A stretch of 64,000 nucleotides of DNA from an uncultured Candidatus Rokubacteria bacterium (GTDB taxonomy: Bacteria > Methylomirabilota > Methylomirabilia > Rokubacteriales > DASRDR01): the NCBI GenBank assembly GCA_963708025.1, contig CAVPSB010000016.1, positions 224,001 through 288,000 of the forward strand, written 5' to 3'. A program made the position numbers and the translations under genes. The notes beneath the pieces were generated by a model, which was not told the DNA's origin, ran no database searches, and saw only the letters and a list, made by a program, of their open reading frames with translations. Shown piece after piece: positions 29,525 through 40,402 of the stretch (its first letter is position 1; the number at the start of each line of letters is the position of its first letter).

Positions 29525-30626
29525 TCAGGCCATCACCACGATGGCGCGGCCGGTGATCTCGCCGCGGTCGAGGGCGCGGTAGGCCTCCTCGGCCTGGTCG
29601 AGGCGGTAGCGGCGCGTGATGGGCTGGGTCACGCTGATGCGGCCGCTGGCCGCCAGGGCGATGAGCTGCGGCATGTCCCGGCGGACCCGGGCGCCGTAGG
29701 AGCCCTGGAGCCGGATCCCGCGCCGGACGAGGTGCGTGATCTCGATCGGCGCCGCCGTCTGGCCGGGCGCGATCCCGATGACGACGGCGCGGCCGCCGTC
29801 CCGCACCATGCGGAACGCCGCGGCCACCGTCTCGGCCCGGCCCAGCGCCTCGAAGGCGACATCGACGCCTTCCCCGCCGGTCAGCCGCCGCACCTCCGCC
29901 ACGGCGTCGCCGGCCGCGGCGTTCACCCCGTCGGTGGCCCCGAGCGCCCGGGCCGCCTCGAGCTTCTCGGCCCGGACGTCCACCGCGATGATGCGGGCGG
30001 CGCCGGCCACGGCGCGCGAGCTGGATCACGTTGGAGCCGACCCCGCCCGTCCCGACGACCGCCACCGTCTCCGCCGGGCGGAGCGCCGCCTGGTGGGTCA
30101 CGGCGCCGTAGGCCGTCATGATGGCGCAGCCGAGGATGCAGGCCGCCTCCAGCGGGAGCCCGGCCGGGACGCGGAAGACGTCGGTGGCCGGCACCACGCA
30201 GTACTCGGCCAGCCCGGCCATGCTGTACATGGCGAGCGGGCTCCCGTCGGCGCGCTGGAGCCGGCTCTCGCCGTCGTAGAGCACGCCCTTGAGCCGGTTC
30301 AGCGCGAAGAACGGCTCGCAGAGATCGTCCCGCCCTTCGACGCAGAACCGGCAGCGCCCGCACGGCATGATGAACGAGGCCACCACCGGGGCGCCGGCCT
30401 CGAGGCCGGTGACCCCGGGGCCCACCGCCTCGACGAGGCCGGAGACCTCGTGGCCGAGCACGGCGGGGACCGGGAAGCGGACTTCTCCCTTCATCACGTG
30501 GAGATCGGTGTGGCAGACGCCGCAGGCGCGGACCCGGAGCAGCACCTCGCCGATCCGCGGCTTGGGCGCGGGGATCTCCTCGATCGCGAGCGGAGCCCCG
30601 ACCGCGGGCAGGACGGCAGCCTTCAT
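29525..30626 (-). CDS. Zn-dependent alcohol dehydrogenase (frameshift near 30010)
   Basis: GVCHTD, LGHE, CGRCRFC...C, VVGTGGVG, GRAIV. Confidence 0.9.
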
Positions 30627-30777
30627 GAGAACCTCCTCATCTTTCCTGGCGGTTTGCCCCAGCCTAGATGACCCGAAGGCTCTTGACAATCCGTGGCAAG
30701 CGGGTCGTAATTGGTCCCACCGGCTGTACCCAGACTCCTCAACCCCGACCCCCGGTATCCATGGAGGAACACCAACG

Positions 30778-31690
30778 ATGGCGGAGCAACCCGGTCCGAG
30801 TCGCCGAGACTTCCTGAAGACCCTGGGCGTGACCGTGGGCGGCGCCGCGGCCGCCGGCGCGGCCGCGCCCCTGGCCGTTCCGGCCCTGGCCCAGGCGCAG
30901 ACCCCGGCCCAGCCCAAGGGCACCATCCCCGACAAGCCGTTCAAGGTCGGCCACATGACCTTCCATTCCGGGGCGGCGGCGGTCCTCGGGGAGCCCATGT
31001 ACAAGGGCCATATGCTGGCGGCCGACGAGATCAACGCCGCCGGCGGCCTGCTCGGCAAGCGGAAGATCGAGACGCTGAAGGCCGACGAGGCGGCCGGTCT
31101 CGACGCCAACGTGAAGGAGCTCCGGCGGATGAAGCTGTCGGAGAACATCGACTTCTTCACCGGCATCACCTCCAGCGCGCACACGCCGGCCCTCGGCCCG
31201 GTGGCCGAGGAGCTGAAGATCCTGACGATCTTCGTGGACGGCTGCACCGACAACCTGTTCGACAAGGCGGTGCCCAACCCCCACTACATCTTCCGGATCA
31301 CCAACATCCAGTCGGCCGACGGAGTCACCTGCGCCGTCGCCATCGCCCAGACCTGGGGAAGCGCCAAGAAGATCGCCCACATCCATCCCGACTACTCCTA
31401 CGGCCGCAACGCCTTCGACCACCTCAACATCGCGATGAAGAAGCTCATGGGGAACGTCGAGGTGGTGTCGGAGGGCTGGCCGAAGCTCGGAACGACAGAC
31501 TTCACCTCCCACATCACCAAGGCGATCTCGGCCAAGCCCGACCTGCTGGTCTCGTCGGTGTGGGGCGGCGACTACGTCGCCTTCTACAAGCAGGCCCTCC
31601 GCTATGACACGTTCAAGAAGATGAAGTTCGCGAGCACGATCGCCTTCGGGGTGGCGCCCCACGCGATCGGCAAGGACCACCCGGAAGGGG
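30778..31690 (+). CDS. Tat-exported branched-chain amino acid (LivK-like) binding protein, C-terminally truncated
   Basis: SRRDFLK Tat motif, ADEINAAGGLLG, DYSYG, DFTSHITK; similarity appears to stop after DHPEG. Confidence 0.8.
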
Positions 31691-31699
31691 CGCGGCTTC

Positions 31700-32990
31700 A
31701 CGGATGCCGCCGGCCGCCTCGTCTGGGCAGCGCTCGGCGATCCCGGGCTTCTTCCCGGCGCCCGGTAGCGCGAGCTGGATCGGGAACCGGGTGACGGTGG
31801 CGTCGGTGACCGCGGCCTCGAGGGCGGTCGCGTGCCCAAGGACGCGCTCCTGCCCGAGGCTGGCAGCGGGCAGTCTGCGCGCGATCGGGCGGACCGGCGC
31901 TCCCGCGGCGGTGAAGATCGTGTACCGGGTGGCGCGCCTCTCGCCTTTCACGACGGCACCCGGATGACCGTGGCCGACACGCTCTACGGGCTCTGGCGTC
32001 GCCTACCACTGGCAGGCGGCCGTGGCCCGCGCGGGCACGATCCCGCGGTCGAGGCCGCCACCGCGCGCATCCGCGACTGGCTTGCCGGCGCATCAAGATC
32101 GTCGGCGTCGAGACGCGGCGAGCGCGAGATCGCCGAGGTGAAGTTCACCTCGGTCGTCCAGACGATCGAGGTCTACGGCCGCTACACGCCTCGGCCGATG
32201 ACCTCACAGGCGGCGTCGATCGCCCCGCCCTGGAGCCCCGTGCCCTGGACCGTGCTCGGCCATCGCCGAGGAGGCGGTACGGAATCGCCTCGCCGCGCTC
32301 TCGGCCGAGGACGCGCGCCGGCTGGGGCGTTCCCTGGCTCGACCTGGCCCGGGACACGGCGACGTCCTCGAGCCGGCTGGTGCCCCTGATCGAGTTCATT
32401 CGCCGGCCCGGTCGGCTACCGATCCGGCCGATCTGCGGCGCTATGTCGGGCCCGAGGAGGCCGCCGAGCGCTGGAAGGCGCTCCTGGACTTCTACCGGGC
32501 GCACAGGCACCTACGCTGGTGACCAGCGGCCCGTACCGGCTCGACAGCTGGTCGGACGACGCCGTGGTCGCTCGACCGTCGTCCGCGACCTCGGCCTACC
32601 CGCTCGGGCGTCGGATCGTACGACCGGTACGCGCATCCCCCACCGCGCGTACCCGGCGACGATGCAGCGGGTCGCGGCGAGCGCGTGGAGATCGACGCCG
32701 ATGTTGACGTGGTGCGAGCAGTTCCAGCGCGAGTACCGCGATCGCGCGGCAGCCGCTGCGCACCCAGCCGATCGTGGACGCACGCGGACATGCCCGAGTG
32801 CCGCTACGTCGCGGTCGGCCCCGACGACCGGGCGGTCGCCGCCGGCACCGTGCCCTACTCCGGCCGCGGCATCTACGCGCTCGGCCTGGGCGGTCTGTCG
32901 GCGGCGACGCTCCGCTGACTCTGATGGCGGCCCTCACGGTCCGCGTACAACGCGCTGGAGCTCGACACGGCCACGCTGTTCGTGGACGGG
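31700..32990 (+). pseudogene. Heavily frameshifted, 5'-truncated gene, possibly solute-binding family 5-like
   Basis: Fragments AFHDGTRMTVADTLY, IAPPWSPVPWTVL, VTSGPYRLDSWS in changing frames. Confidence 0.45.
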
Positions 32991-33060
32991 CGACAGGCCG
33001 GGACGACCGGCCCGAGATCCTCGCTGCTCACACGCCATGGACGATCGGCCAGCACGATCG

Positions 33061-33972
33061 ATGGACACCCTGCTGATCCACGTGCTCAACTCGCTGCTCT
33101 GAGCGCCGTCCATCCTGTTCCTGATCGCGGGCGGGCCTCAGCCTGATCTACGGCGTGATGCGGATCGTGAACCTCGCTCACGGCAACCTGTACGCCTTGG
33201 CGGCGCTGTACATGATCGGCGTGGACGGTGGGGATCGGCCCTCGGCGAGAGCTACGCTGGCGAGCGCGACGCCGAGCCCGCTTGCTCTACCTGCTCCTGC
33301 CCGTCCGGAGCGATCGCCGCCGCCGCGCTCGGCGCCATGCCTCGAGCCGACGCTCCTGCGCCCGCTCTACGAGCGCGCCGAGGAGTACCAGCTCCTGATC
33401 ACCTTCGGGCTCCTCCTGATCCTCGACGACCTGATGCGCCTGCATCTGGGGCCCGACGCCGCTCTCGGCCAGCGCGCTCTACGAGGCGCCGGGCAGCATC
33501 GCGATCGGCGAGGCCATCTACCCGAGGTACAACCTCATCGTCATCGTCGTGGGCGGCGTGACGGCGGCGGCCCTGTGGGCGTTCGTCTACAAGACCAAGT
33601 TCGGCGTCATCCTGCGGGCGACGTCCCAGAACATGCGGATGGCCTCGGCCCTGGGGGTCAACGTCAACCAGGTGCTACGTGCCAGGCCTTCGACGCTGGG
33701 CTGCTTCATGGCCGGGCTGCGGGGGGGCCATCGTCATGCCCCAGCAGGGCGCGGTGCTGGGCATGGGCGTCGACGCGCTGATCCTGGCCTTCGTCGTGGT
33801 GGTCATCGGCGGGCTCGGCAGCCTGGAAGGGGCGCTGCTCGGAGCCCTGATGGTCGGGATCGTGCGGGAGCTGGGCATCGCCTTCTTCCCCGAGATCGAG
33901 CTGGCGGTGCTCTACCTGATGGCGGCCGTCGTCCTCCTGGTCCGGCCGGCCGGCCTCCTCGGGCGCGCCTGA
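33061..33972 (+). CDS. livH: Branched-chain amino acid ABC permease LivH (frameshifted)
   Basis: GLSLIYGVMRIVNLAHG, TKFGVILRATSQN..MASALGVN, AFVVVVIGGLGS, VRPAGLLG. Confidence 0.8.
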
Positions 33973-33983
33973 GACCTGCCGGC

Positions 33984-34975
33984 ATGAGCCGAGCGCCCTC
34001 GCCCGCCGGCCTGGTCCTCTGGGGGAGGCGCGATCCTCCTCGTCCTGCTCGGGCTCCCCTTCGTGATCCCCCCTACCAGACGGTGCTGCTCTCCTACGGG
34101 CTCGTCTTCGCGATCGCGGCGCTCGGCTTCAATCTCCTGCTCGGCTACACGGGGCTCCTCTCCTTCGGCCACTCGGCCTACTTCGGGATGGGCACCTACG
34201 CCGTCGCGTTCCTGGTCAAGTACCTGAAGGTGACGTCGATGGAGGCCTACGTGCTCGGCCGGCATGCTGGCCTCGGCCGGGCTGGCCGCGCTCTTCGGCT
34301 TCTTCTGTGTCCGCTACACCCGGATCTTCTTCGGCATCCTGACCCTCGCCCTCTCCCAGGTGCTCTGGAGCCTGATCTTCAAGTTCTACAACCTCACCGG
34401 CGGGCTCCGACGGCCTGCGGGTGCCGACCCCCGCGCTGCTCGGCGGCATGCTGTCCACCGCCTTCGGCAAGACCGAGGACAAGCTGAGCTTCCTGGCCTA
34501 CCGCTACTACTACTACGTCCTGGTCATCTTCGCCGTGTGCGTCGTGCTCATGTGGGTCATCGTCCACTCGCCGTTCGGCAAGGCGCTCCAGGCCATCCGC
34601 GACAACGAGACCCGGGCGGAGTTCGTGGGGGTTCAGGTGCGCCGCTACCGCTGGCTGGCGTTCCTGGTGTCGGGAGCCTACACCGGGCTGGCCGGCGTGC
34701 TGTGGGTGCCGCTCAACGGGCTGACCACCCCGGACATCCTGCACTGGACCTTCTCGGGCAAGATCGTCTTCTTCACCGTGCTCGGCGGCTTCCAGACCTT
34801 CGTGGGGCCGATCGTCGGCGCCATCGTCTACAACTACCTGGAGACCTACGCGGTCGGCCACACCGTGTACTGGCAGATGGTGCTCGGGGTGGTGCTGGTG
34901 GTCCTGGTGCTGGCGCTGCCGTCCGGCATCGTCGGCACCGCCAGCCGGCTACTCCTCAGGCGCCGCGCGACCTGA
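33984..34975 (+). CDS. livM: Branched-chain amino acid ABC permease LivM (frameshifted)
   Basis: NLLLGYTGLLSFGHSAYFGMG, SPFGKALQAIRDNE.RA, VLGG...GPIVGA. Confidence 0.82.
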
Positions 34976-34976
34976 C

Positions 34977-35734
34977 ATGCCGCTCCTCGAGACCCGGAAC
35001 CTGATGAAGTACTTCGGGGACACCCACGCGGTCGACCGGGTGAACTTCCGGGTGGAGCAGGGCGAGCTCCTCGCCCTCATCGGCTCCAACGGCGCCGGCA
35101 AGACGACGCTGGTCAACCTGATCAGCGGCCTGCTGCGGGCCGACGACGGCCAGATCGTCTTCCAGGGCCGGGACGTCACCCGGCAGTCCATCCACGAGCG
35201 GATCGCGGCGGGCGTCGCCCGGAGCTTCCAGCTCGTGAACCTATTCGACCAGCTCACCACGCTCGACAACGTGGCGCTGTCCATCTTCTCCCGGGAAGGC
35301 AAAACCCGGCGCCTGTTCGCCCTCGCCGACCGCGACGCCGCCGTGCGCCGGGAGGCGACGGAGGTGCTGCGGGAGTTCGGCCTGGAGGCCCGGGCCGGCA
35401 TGGTGGCGGGGGGCTCTCCCAGGGGGAGCGCAAGCTGCTCGACGTCGCCGTCGCCTACGCGCTGCGCCCGAAGCTCCTGTTCCTGGACGAGCCGACCAGC
35501 GGCGTGAGCACCCGGGAGAAGGCGCCGATCATGGACATCATCACCGCGATCGTGCGGTCCGGGCAGATCACCGCCGTGATCATCGAGCACGACATGGACG
35601 TCGTCTTCAAGTACTCGAACCGCATCGTGGTCATGCACGAGGGGACGATCCTGGCCGACGGGACGCCCGACGAGATCCGCCGGAACGAGCAGGTCAGCCT
35701 GACCCTGCTCGGCACCCCCCCGGCCAGCGCCTGA
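34977..35734 (+). CDS. livG: ABC ATP-binding protein LivG (frameshift near 35410)
   Basis: GSNGAGKTT, GVARSFQ, LDEPTSG, IEHDMDVVF. Confidence 0.88.
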
Positions 35735-36471
35735 TGGCGACCCCGGCCCGCCCGGCGGTCCTCCAGGTCGAGCGGATCGAGACCTTCCGCGGCCAGGCCC
35801 ACATCCTCCGCGCCGTCTCGCTGAGCGTCCAGGGCGACGAGGCCGTCTGCCTGGTCGGGCGCAACGGCGCCGGCAAGACCACCACGATCGAGAGCATCAT
35901 GGGCCTCCTGCCGCTGCGGGCGGGCCGCGTCGCCCTGGGCGACCGCGACATCACCCGGCTGCCCGCCCACACGCGCGCGCGCCTCGGGATCGGCTACGCG
36001 CCGGAGGATGCCGGCATCTTCCCCGACCTCAGCGTCGAGGAGAACTTCGAGATCAGCCACTGGCTGGCCGGCTCGTCCGGCGGGGCCGGCCGGGCCCCGA
36101 GCGACGCCTACGAGCGCGTCTACGCCCTGTTCCCGGAGATCCGGCAGTTCCTCGGCCGGCGGGGGCTGTACCTCTCCGGCGGGCAGAAGAAGATGGTGGC
36201 GATCGCCCGGGCCCTGATGCTCTCCCCGTCGATCCTGCTCCTCGACGAGCCGTTCGAGGGCCTGGCCCCGGTCGTGGTGAGCCGCTTCATCGACGCGGTC
36301 AAGAGCATCAAGGCAATGGGCGTCTCGCTCCTGATCGCGGAGTCCAACCTGGCGAACGCGGCGCGCGTCGCCGACCGGCTCTACGCGATCGATCGCGGCG
36401 AGATCATCTTCGAGGGCCCGCCCCGGAGCGCCCTCGACAACGCCGAGGTGATGAAGACCCTCCGAGGCTAG
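35734..36471 (+). CDS. livF: ABC ATP-binding protein LivF
   Basis: GRNGAGKTT, LSGGQ, LLDEPFEGLAP. Confidence 0.92.
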   Translation: MATPARPAVLQVERIETFRGQAHILRAVSLSVQGDEAVCLVGRNGAGKTTTIESIMGLLPLRAGRVALGDRDITRLPAHTRARLGIGYAPEDAGIFPDLSVEENFEISHWLAGSSGGAGRAPSDAYERVYALFPEIRQFLGRRGLYLSGGQKKMVAIARALMLSPSILLLDEPFEGLAPVVVSRFIDAVKSIKAMGVSLLIAESNLANAARVADRLYAIDRGEIIFEGPPRSALDNAEVMKTLRG

Positions 36472-36545
36472 GTCCATCGGGGGGGTCTCGGAAGACCCCC
36501 CCGATGCCCCCCCTTCGGTTGCGGCGGCAAAGCCGCCGCTCGGAG
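36468..36545. repeat. REP/MITE-like double-hairpin repeat, copy 1 (short)
   Basis: CATCGGGGGGGTCT-CGGA-AGACCCCCCCGATG then GCGGCGGC-AAA-GCCGCCGC-TCGGA; begins at the CTAG of the livF stop. Confidence 0.85.
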
Positions 36546-36583
36546 GGGACAGTGGTCGCGCGACGGAGCGGCAGATGGCCTGC

Positions 36584-37300
36584 TCACCCCGACGCGGCAG
36601 CCGCGACCGTCGAGCGTCTGGGGATGGCCGCGCGGACCGCATCCGCCATCGGGCTCCAGGCGAACCAGTGCGGGAAAGCGCGGGTGACGGCCGGCATCCC
36701 GTCGAGACGCACCAGGCCCTGGCGCAGCGCCTCGCCGAGCGTGATCCGACCCAGCCACACGCGGTAGAAGCCATCGATGTCCGCGGTCACCCGGAGATCG
36801 ACATCGAACCCCGGGTGCTGGAGACAGACCGACACGTCGGTCCGCTTCAGGACGAGCCAGTAGCTGCCGGTCCGCCCGCCGCGGAAGTCGAACTGGATCA
36901 CCATGCGCCCCGGGGGCAGCCGGTGCCGGTGGACCCGCCGTCTCATCCACCAGAGGAGCACGACCGGATCCAGCTCGGTGCGCCGCGGATCGCCGAACGC
37001 CCATCGCGCTCCCCACCCGCCGAGCACGTCGATGACCCGCTGAAGCTGTCGGCCCGCGCGCGTGAGGTGGTACTGGACCACCCGGCCGCCGGCGCCCGGC
37101 CGCCGCTCCACGATGCCCGTCCGCTCCAGCCGGCGCAGTCGCTCGACGAGGAGGGCGCGCGAGATTCCGGGGAGTCCGCGGTCCAGGTCGTTGAAATGGT
37201 GGATGCCGGCGAGAAGCTCGCGGACGATGAGCGGAGTCCAGCGGTCCGCGAAGATCTCCGACGCTCGGGCCACCGGACAGTACTGGCCGTACAAATACAT
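36584..37300 (-). CDS. HxlR-family transcriptional regulator with C-terminal SCP2-like domain
   Basis: YGQYCPVARASEIFADRWTPLIVREL...PGISRALLVERLRRL...YHLT.AG. Confidence 0.9.
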   Translation of the reverse strand: MYLYGQYCPVARASEIFADRWTPLIVRELLAGIHHFNDLDRGLPGISRALLVERLRRLERTGIVERRPGAGGRVVQYHLTRAGRQLQRVIDVLGGWGARWAFGDPRRTELDPVVLLWWMRRRVHRHRLPPGRMVIQFDFRGGRTGSYWLVLKRTDVSVCLQHPGFDVDLRVTADIDGFYRVWLGRITLGEALRQGLVRLDGMPAVTRAFPHWFAWSPMADAVRAAIPRRSTVAAAASG

Positions 37301-37433
37301 GGCAGGCACCTCCAGACCGGCAGGGACGGTCACGCTCCAGTTCGCTAATTGTACTGGTTTCGCCCCGACCCGTGCCTCAGGCTGCGCGGTGGGATGTCTC
37401 CCCATTGGACCCACCGGAAAAGGAGGCAGGATC

Positions 37434-37904
37434 ATGGCGAACGTGGAGACCACGCGGCGCGATCTCCTACAGGCTCTCGGGACACTGCCCTTGCTGGCGC
37501 TGCTCCCGCAAACCCGCGGGGCCGCGGCCCAGACACCCGGCGGCGTGAAGGTGGAGACCAAGGGCCTCACGGCCAGGATCAAGTTCGAGAGCGTCCTGTC
37601 CGGGTACCTGACCGAGCTCAACGGCAAGTACAAGCTGAGGGTCACGGAGCTGGTCCTGGAGCCCGGGGGCTACGTGGGCGAGCATCACCATGCGGGCCCT
37701 GGGATCCGCCAGGTGACCTCCGGGTACATGACCTACGTCCTCCCGGACAAGACGCTGGTCTACGGCCCGGGTGACTTCTTCTTCGAGTCGGGGGACGTCA
37801 ATCACACGGCGCAAAACAAGACCGAGGCCCCCATGGTCCACGTGCTCTTCGAGATTCTCCCGGCCGATCACCAGGGTCCGTCGATCATGCCGGCGAAGCA
37901 CTGA
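37434..37904 (+). CDS. Tat-exported cupin-domain protein
   Basis: TRRDLL Tat-like motif; GEHHHAGP...GDFFFESGDVNH; AGGAGG RBS. Confidence 0.85.
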   Translation: MANVETTRRDLLQALGTLPLLALLPQTRGAAAQTPGGVKVETKGLTARIKFESVLSGYLTELNGKYKLRVTELVLEPGGYVGEHHHAGPGIRQVTSGYMTYVLPDKTLVYGPGDFFFESGDVNHTAQNKTEAPMVHVLFEILPADHQGPSIMPAKH

Positions 37905-37936
37905 CGCTCGAGGGAGGAGCCTCTCTCCCGTTGATA

Positions 37937-38662
37937 TCAGGAGCGCGCGGTCACGCGGAGCGCGGCGACGTCTCTGGTCGCGCGGTCCCCGGTGTCGGGG
38001 GGACCGCCGACCAGCCACCCGAGCCAGGCGACGCCGACGGCCAGGGCCAGGAGCACGAGCGCGGTCGCGACCCGGGAGACCACGGCGAGCAGCGCGAGGG
38101 CGCCGCTCGAGAGCCCGACGAACGCCAGCCCGACCACCGGGATCACCGGCGCCCCACAGCCCATCACGCTGCAGGGCCCGGTGGAGAGTCCGAGGACGGT
38201 CGCCAGCGTCCCCGTCACCCCGCCCGATCGGCCGAGCCGGGATCCTCCGCCGGCGCCGGCCAGCCGGTCGCGCCGGTAGAGCCAGAGGGCGAAGTAGGCG
38301 CCGACCAGCCCGCCGCTCAGCGCGAACCGGGCGAGGTCGGTCACGTTGACCTCGAACCCCCACTCGGCCCCGTAGGGACTGGACGCGGCGAACGTGAGCA
38401 GGGTCAACCCCGGCAGGAACTCGAGCTTGCGGGCGAGCGGGACCTGGGTCGAGGCCAGGAACTCGGGCAGCCGCCTGAGCCAGGGGTTGACGGTGAAGAA
38501 ATCCATCGGCTTCCGCGTGAGCGAGAGGACCAGGAGCGGCAGGACGAGATCGAGGACGACGACGAGGGCCGCGACGCCCAGGAAGGTACCCGGGCGCGCG
38601 CGAATGGCCGCCCCGATGCCCGCGATGATTCGGCCCGGCACGCTGCGTCGCATCGAGAGCAT
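37937..38662 (-). CDS. Hypothetical membrane protein
   Basis: Several hydrophobic helices and a GPCSVMGCGAP Cys motif. Confidence 0.65.
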   Translation of the reverse strand: MLSMRRSVPGRIIAGIGAAIRARPGTFLGVAALVVVLDLVLPLLVLSLTRKPMDFFTVNPWLRRLPEFLASTQVPLARKLEFLPGLTLLTFAASSPYGAEWGFEVNVTDLARFALSGGLVGAYFALWLYRRDRLAGAGGGSRLGRSGGVTGTLATVLGLSTGPCSVMGCGAPVIPVVGLAFVGLSSGALALLAVVSRVATALVLLALAVGVAWLGWLVGGPPDTGDRATRDVAALRVTARS

Positions 38663-38663
38663 G

Positions 38664-38824
38664 CTAGCTTCTTCGGGGGGGTCTCGGAAGCCCCCCCGAT
38701 GCCCCCCCGTCGTGGCGGCGGCTGTTGGACGGCCTTCGGCCTTTGGGCCGCCGCTCGGAGGCTCTTCCTGGCTCACCTCACGCTGAACGCGACACGGTAT
38801 TACTCGGGCGGACTGCCAGGCTAG
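38664..38824. repeat. REP/MITE-like repeat, copy 2
   Basis: Same two hairpins (second with a longer loop) plus tail ...GAACGCGACACG; CTAG at both ends. Confidence 0.85.
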
Positions 38825-38925
38825 CCGCCGGCCCACCCCCTGTAAACCCCGCCGGCTTGCCTTGACGTCACTCCGGTCCTGGGCTACGGTGGCCCCCGCA
38901 GCGCGACCGGAATGGAGAGCCTCCC

Positions 38926-39060
38926 ATGACCGACCTTCGCCTCGTCGTCGAGCCCCACGCGCCGGAGAGCCTGAAGCAGCACGTCCGCGACCGCCTCGAC
39001 CTCTACGTGGGGCGGTCAGTCCGAGTACTTCAGAGGAAGAGGCTGGTCCGCGAGGCGTAG
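38926..39060 (+). pseudogene. Short ORF, possible GNAT N-terminal remnant
   Basis: MTDLRLVVEPHAGESLKQHVRDRLDLY then divergent; GGAG RBS. Confidence 0.3.
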
Positions 39061-39098
39061 CGCCCGCGGTATCCCCGCCGGCGAGCCAGGAGGATGCC

Positions 39099-39707
39099 AT
39101 GCCCGTCCGCATCACCCGCGTCTACACCCGCACCGGCGACCGCGGCGAGACGGCCCTCGTGGGGGGCAAGCGCGTGCCCAAGGACGCGCCGCGGATCGAG
39201 GCCTACGGCACGATCGACGAGCTGAACGCCGCGATCGGCCTGGCCCGGGTCTTCAACGAGGAGCGCCTCGCGGAGGGCGAGGGGCATCGCTGGCTGGACG
39301 GGCTGCTGCGCCGCCTCCAGAACCAGCTCTTCGACCTCGGCAGCGAGCTGGCCACGCCCGAGGAGTCGGTCTACGAGGGGATGTACCGGGTGGGTGAGGG
39401 CGACGTCCGGGAGCTGGAGCGGCTGATCGACGAGTGCCAGAAGGAGCTGGGTCCACTCAAGTCCTTCGTGCTGCCGGGCGGGGGCCGCGTCGGCGCGTTC
39501 CTCCACCAGGCCCGGACCGTGTGCCGGCGCGCCGAGCGGGAGGTCCTGCGCCTGTCGCGGATCGAGCCGCTCCCCGAGTGGCCGCTCCGCTACGTCAACC
39601 GGCTGAGCGACCTGCTCTTCGTCCTCTCGCGCTGGGTCGCGAAGCGACTCGGAGAACCGGAGTACTTGTGGGAGCGGGGCCTGGAGGCCCACCGCCGGAA
39701 AAAGTAG
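39099..39707 (+). CDS. pduO: PduO-type ATP:cob(I)alamin adenosyltransferase
   Basis: VYTRTGDRGET, YGTIDELN, FVLPGG, ARTVCRRAER, YVNRLSD. Confidence 0.95.
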   Translation: MPVRITRVYTRTGDRGETALVGGKRVPKDAPRIEAYGTIDELNAAIGLARVFNEERLAEGEGHRWLDGLLRRLQNQLFDLGSELATPEESVYEGMYRVGEGDVRELERLIDECQKELGPLKSFVLPGGGRVGAFLHQARTVCRRAEREVLRLSRIEPLPEWPLRYVNRLSDLLFVLSRWVAKRLGEPEYLWERGLEAHRRKK

Positions 39708-39713
39708 CCGCTC

Positions 39714-40235
39714 GTCAGTCCCTTTCTGGCACGCGGGCGAGCGCCTCCCCGAGCACGCTCCGGATCTCCTCGACCTCGAACGGCATGCCATCACGAAGTT
39801 AACACCGCGCCACGGCGCCTCGGCGGGATCGATCTGATCGCTTCACCCGGTCACCAGCTCCACCGGGGTCTCCCGTCGCCGCAGCTTGACGGCCCGTGCC
39901 ACGTCCCATCCCGACAGCCCCGGCATCCCGAGGTCGGTGAAGACGACGTCGAACGGCTCCTCGTCGAGCAGCCGGCCGAGCTCGCGCTACACCGTCTGGA
40001 GGAGCCGGTTGACGTCGAGCTGCCCGGTCACCGCGCGCGAGAGCGCGTAGCGCTCTCGGCCAGCCGGATCCGGTAGCGCCGGACGCGCTCGAGGACAGGC
40101 GAGGGGACGCGGTAGCCCGTGTGCGGCTCCAGGGCGCCGGTCGCCTCGTCCACCAGCCACACCCCGACCGAGTCGGCCCCGGTCGTGCGCGCCACCTGGC
40201 GGAGGAGGTGGCGGAGGAGCGCCACGAGCTCCCGA
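39714..40235 (-). pseudogene. Collapsed remnant of a GAF-containing hybrid kinase/response regulator gene
   Basis: GAF piece (RQVARTTGADSVGVWL) abuts receiver piece (FDVVFTDLGMPGLSGWDVA...VTG*, PFEVEEI). Confidence 0.65.
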
Positions 40236-40402
40236 TCCGGAGAATTCCGAGTAGTGGCGCGTGATTATCCCACGGGGGCCCCGTCCGGCCGGCAGAGAGA
40301 CCGGGGGGCCCGGCGGAGCCTGTCGGGTTGGTTTGGCCGGCCCGGCCGTCGCGCATATAATCGGCCCCATCCCATGCGAACCAGACCTGGGGAGCCCCTT
40401 CG

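Noticed and set aside
22424-35734. Programmed frameshifting or recoding in aor, adh and liv genes
   Set aside because: No consistent slippery sites; the families are not known for recoding; sequence error is simpler
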